Below are positions 59,264 through 64,000 of a DNA stretch of 64,000 bases, in pieces. The DNA is from Iphione sp. A-MEVVRFRX5. Lineage: Eukaryota. The notes under the pieces are model-generated. The model saw nothing but the letters and a program-made list of their open reading frames with translations, did no database searches and was not told where the DNA came from. The stretch spans positions 1,612,001-1,676,000 of the forward strand of contig OZ320323.1 in NCBI GenBank assembly GCA_976226885.1. The letters run 5' to 3'. The stretch's first letter is position 1. Every line of letters begins with the position of its first letter. The position numbers and the translations under genes were made by a program.

Positions 59264-59869
59264 TCATAGTTCAAAATCATTGATGATAAACCTTTCTACT
59301 TCAGTTTCCCACATTTCTTGTACTAGCGGAACAACTCCCATGTTCTCACAGATTAACTCTGGGCGAAATATAGCATTGTTGTCATGCCATTCATGAATTG
59401 GGTAACATGTGTCAGGAGTGGGCAGACCATTTTGTTCATTCATCGCTGTGCATACATTGTTAAATGTACCAATTTGGACATTCAATTCATACTGCAAGCG
59501 AGGAATTATAGTGTTTAACAGTTTGCCATATATTGGTAGAAAAAGCACCTTATGTGTACCCGGGACATGAAGATTGTGTGATATTTCGTCAAAGTAATTC
59601 CACATGTCATAATCAAGCGCTAAGTATGTTTCATATACCAAGTTGTTGTTATTCCCATCATTTACGACCAGTGAGTGGATCCCTGTGTGAAATATTGTGA
59701 GTCCATAGTCAGGACTTGGTACCATAGGCATCATGTTTGTGATGTCTTCTACTGTAATCCCATAGGTCGATACTATAGTGCACGGACACAGGTTGTCAAA
59801 TCTGGCCCTGAGTCCATGTCCAATTGCCAGGCCCTGGTCATCTGTGATGAGCTGTATACGCGGCCACAT
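59264..59869 (-). CDS. 201-aa SGNH-fold protein lacking catalytic residues (array ORF; also 56156, 60818, 62373; broken at 54083/54311, 55629, 57761)
   Basis: LITDDRG, YGITVEDI, FHTGIHS, LFLPIYG and NNVCTAMNEQNGLPTP align to LISDSRG, YPGFNVQDI, IMRGICN, FATIFG and NEYITNLNYTNGRSTP of the 42.4-43.1 kb copy. No DxxH motif. Confidence 0.65.
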   Translation of the reverse strand: MWPRIQLITDDQGLAIGHGLRARFDNLCPCTIVSTYGITVEDITNMMPMVPSPDYGLTIFHTGIHSLVVNDGNNNNLVYETYLALDYDMWNYFDEISHNLHVPGTHKVLFLPIYGKLLNTIIPRLQYELNVQIGTFNNVCTAMNEQNGLPTPDTCYPIHEWHDNNAIFRPELICENMGVVPLVQEMWETEVERFIINDFEL

Positions 59870-62800
59870 CCCTATAGGAAATACAGTTTATTTACTACTT
59901 TGAACACAACTGATGGGTGTTACTCTTGCTCGTCTAAGAATATTAGATCAAGTACGGCCCTACTAGTTTTATGTGTGATGGTTGGAGACTTGATGAACTG
60001 AGTTAGCTTAAACTTTGAACTCATTTTCTGGATAATATCCCGTCTATTGCTCACTTTACCCCAATCTACATTGAAGTCACCACCCAGTACAGTTTCTGTG
60101 ATCCCTTTCCTTTTGAACTTGCTGAGAGTCGTTTCCAGATATTTCACTAGGGCCTCAATGTCTCCACCTGATGGAAAGTACAGAACACTGAAAGCTAAAG
60201 GTTTTCTAAATTTAGATCTTAGTATCAACCACATTGCCTCGATATTGTCATTTACAATATTGTGATCTGGACATTTCTCAGCTACTACTCCCTTTTCTGT
60301 ATATATCAATAGACCCCCCCCCCCTTTCATCTTTTTGAGCCCTGATCTATCTTGCCTGTATATAGAGTATCCATCTTGCTTTAGATAAGCACTTGGTAAT
60401 GTAGTACATAGCCATGTTTCTACTATCCCACACACTCGCGGTTTGTGATCTCTTAAGAACCAACTTATGTTGTCAATTTTTGGCAATATACTTCTTATGT
60501 TCCAGAACACGAATGTCCTCCCCTTCATGATGACAAAGGTCGTTTAGCACATTAATTTTAGATTAAGAAAGTTTATCAATGATATTAACATATAGTTATC
60601 ATTTCAAAAGTAAGAGAACTTCCCCTTGATATTGAGGACAATCCTAAAAAGTGCCTATTTTATGATTCATGTACATATATGACAGAATTAAGCAAACAAT
60701 CGGTACCTTTTATTATGCCAGTTTTCTGATTCACAGCCTGGTATAGTTTGATCCGAACATACGCCTGATCAAGATGTTATGCCGTAGCAGAGAGAAATCC
60801 ATTTTTACACATGAGCATCATACTTCAAAATCATTGATGATAAACCTTTCTACTTCGGTTTCCCACATTTCTTGTACTAGCGGAACAACTCCCATGTTCT
60901 CACAGATTAACTCTGGGCGAAATATAGCATTGTTGTCATGCCATTCATGAATTGGGTAACATGTGTCAGGAGTGGGCAGACCATTTTGTTCATTCATCGC
61001 TGTGCATACATTGTTAAATGTACCAATTTGGACATTCAATTCATACTGCAAGCGAGGAATTATAGTGTTTAACAGTTTGCCATATATTGGTAGAAAAAGC
61101 ACCTTATGTGTACCCGGGACATGAAGATTGTGTGATATTTTGTCAAAGTAATTCCACATGTCATAATCAAGCGCTAAGTATGTTTCATATACCAAGTTGT
61201 TGTTATTCCCATCATTTACGACCAGTGAGTGGATCCCTGTGTGAAATATTGTGAGTTCATAGTCAGGACTTGGTACCATAGGCATCATGTTTGTGATGTC
61301 TTCTACTGTAATCCCATAGGTCGATACTATAGTGCACGGACACAGGTTGTCAAATCTGGCCCTGAGTCCATGTCCAATTGCCAGGCCCCGGTCATCTGTG
61401 ATGAGCTGTATACGCGGCCACATCCCTATAGGAAATACAGTTTATTTACTACTTTGAACACAACTGATGGGTGTTACTCTTGTTCGTCTAAGAATATTAG
61501 ATCAAGTACGGCCCTACTAGTTTTATGTGTGATGGTTGGAGACTTGATGAACTGAGTTAGCTTAAACTTTGAACTCATTTTCTGGATAATATCCCGTCTA
61601 TTGCTCACTTTACCCCAATCTACATTGAAGTCACCACCCAGTACAGTTTCTGTGATCCCTTTCCTTTTGAACTTGCTGAGAGTCGTTTCCAGATATTTCA
61701 CTAGGGCCTCAATGTCTCCACCTGATGGAAAGTACAGAACACTGAAAGCTAAAGGTTTTCTAAATTTAGATCTTAGTATCAACCACATTGCCTTGATATT
61801 GTCATTTACAATATTGTGATCTGGACATTTCTCAGCTACTACTCCCTTTTCTGTATATATCAATAGACCCCCCCCCCCCTTTCATCTTTTTGAGCCCTGA
61901 TCTATCTTGCCTGTATATAGAGTATCCATCTTGCTTTAGATAAGCACTTGGTAATGTAGTACGTAGCCATGTTTCTACTATCCCACACACTCGCGGTTTG
62001 TGATCTCTTAAGAACCAACTTATGTTGTCAATTTTTGGCAATATACTTCTTATGTTCCAGAACACGAATGTCCTCCCCTTCATGATGACAAAGGTCGTTT
62101 AGCACATTAATTTTAGATTAAGAAAGTTTATCAATGATATTAACATATAGTTATCATTTCAAAAGTAAGAGAACTTCCCCTTGATATTGAGGACAATCCT
62201 AAAAAGTGCCTATTTTATGATTCATGTACATATATGACAGAATTAAGCAAACAATCGGTACCTTTTATTATGCCAGTTTTCTGATTCACAGCCTGGTATA
62301 ATTTGATCCGAACATACACCTGATCAAGATGTTATGCCGTAGCAGAGAGAAATCCATTTTTACACATGAGCATCATAGTTCAAAATCATTGATGATAAAC
62401 CTTTCTACTTCGGTTTCCCACATTTCTTGTACTAGCGGAACAACTCCCATGTTCTCACAGATTAACTCTGGGCGAAATATAGCATTGTTGTCATGCCATT
62501 CATGAATTGGGTAACATGTGTCAGGAGTGGGCAGACCATTTTGTTCATTCATCGCTGTGCATACATTGTTAAATGTACCAATTTGGACATTCAATTCATA
62601 CTGCAAGCGAGGAATTATAGTGTTTAACAGTTTGCCATATATTGGTAGAAAAAGCACCTTATGTGTACCCGGGACATGAAGATTGTGTGATATTTCGTCA
62701 AAGTAATTCCACATGTCATAATCAAGCGCTAAGTATGTTTCATATACCAAGTTGTTGTTATTCCCATCATTTACGACCAGTGAGTGGATCCCTGTGTGAA

Positions 62801-64000
62801 ATATTGTGAGTTCATAGTCAGGACTTGGTACCATAGGCATCATGTTTGTGATGTCTTCTACTGTAATCCCATAGGTCGATACTATAGTGCACGGACACAG
62901 GTTGTCAAATCTGGCCCTGAGTCCATGTCCAATTGCCAGGCCCCGGTCATCTGTGATGAGCTGTATACGCGGCCACATCCCTATAGGAAATACAGTTTAT
63001 TTACTACTTTGAACACAACTGATGGGTGTTACTCTTGCTCATCTAAGAATATTAGATCAAGTACGGCCCTACTAGTTTTATGTATGATGGTTGGAGACTT
63101 GATGAACTGAGTTAGCTTAAACTTTGAACTCATTTTCTGGATAATATCCCGTCTATTGCTCACTTTACCCCAATCTACATTGAAGTCACCACCCAGTACA
63201 GTTTCTGTGATCCCTTTCCTTTTGAACTTGCTGAGAGTCGTTTCCAGATATTTCACTAGGGCCTCAATGTCTCCACCTGATGGAAAGTACAGAACTCCGA
63301 AAGCTAAAGGTTTTCTAAATTTAGATCTTAGTATCAACCTCATTGCCTCGATATTGTCATTTACAATATTGTGATCTGGACATTTCTCAGCTACTACTCC
63401 CTTTTCTGTATATATCAATAGACCCCCCCCCCCTTTCATCTTTTTGAGCCCTGATCTATCTTGCCTGTATATAGAGTATCCATCTTGCTTTAGATAAGCA
63501 CTTGGTAATGTAGTACATAGCCATGTTTCTACTATCCCACACACTTGCGGTTTGTGATCTCTTAAGAACCAACTTATGTTGTCAATTTTTGGCAATATAC
63601 TTCTTATGTTCCAGAACACGAATGTCCTCCCCTTCATGATGACAAAGGTCGTTTAGCACATTAATTTTAGATTAAGAAAGTTTATCAATGATATTAACAT
63701 ATAGTTATCATTTCAAAAGTAAGAGAACTTCCCCTTGATATTGATGACAATCTTAAAAAGTTCCTATTTTATGATTCATGTACATATATGACAGAATTAA
63801 GCAAACAATCGGTACCTTTTATTATGCCAGTTTTCTGATTCACAGCCTGGTATAGTTTGATCCGAACATACGCCTGATCAAGATGTTATGCCGTAGCAGA
63901 GAGAAATCCACTTTTACACATGAGCATCATAGTTCAAAATCATTGATGATAAACCTTTCTACTTCGGTTTCCCACATTTCTTGTACTAGCGGAACAACTC

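Larger units (their letters stand above)
53540..64000 (-). repeat. Head-to-tail tandem array, ~1554-bp unit (SGNH-like ORF + truncated APE ORF), at least 7 units, continuing past the window edge
   Basis: The unit marker gttactctt..tc.tctaagaatattag occurs at ~53543, 54726, ~56811, 58366, 59920, 61474 and 63029. The last four spacings are 1554-1555 bp. The first two units carry deletions or a partial duplication. Confidence 0.97.

Noticed and set aside
61860-61885. Programmed frameshift or phase variation at the poly-C run in array units
   Set aside because: A one-base length difference in a 10-12 nt homopolymer is as easily a slippage mutation or a sequencing error.
980-63374. Many plus-strand ORFs of 60-200 aa (e.g. 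980-1573, 5404-5877, 12594-12941, 29312-29731, and the repeated 108-aa MDPCVKYC and 72-aa MLTLPQ ORFs)
   Set aside because: They are antisense shadows of minus-strand TE ORFs with no domain motifs; the repeated ones recur only because the array repeats.
53540-64000. CRISPR-like array, or a domesticated two-gene cassette (AATAAA after each ORF, a tttcctatag acceptor-like site before the SGNH ATG)
   Set aside because: There are no unique spacers. AATAAA is common at this AT content, and the APE stop appears to come from a chimeric junction, so I do not treat these as evidence of genes without RNA data.

Overview
Eukaryotic (most likely metazoan) transposon-dense region. I find no recognisable host gene, rRNA, tRNA or CRISPR array. 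Contents: a Harbinger end; several CR1/L2-group LINE relics; one I/Jockey-group LINE 5' half; two unrelated Ngaro-type tyrosine-recombinase retroelements with complete split direct repeats; a young Mag-like Gypsy element (identical 107-bp LTRs) interrupted by a LINE with an intact 941-aa ORF2; a Penelope-like GIY-YIG fragment; and a ~1.55-kb two-ORF tandem array running off the right edge. Two patterns stand out. (1) A recurring LINE gene order on the minus strand: ORF1 (coiled coil + RRM-like + C-terminal NADAR/YbiA domain) -> free-standing ~200-aa SGNH-hydrolase ORF -> APE-RT. There are three diverged NADAR copies, and the SGNH ORF has been tandemly amplified several times. (2) About 14 of 15 element units are on the minus strand, as expected for a uni-strand piRNA cluster or a long plus-strand intron. 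All domain calls come from motif recognition by eye; no database searches were run.
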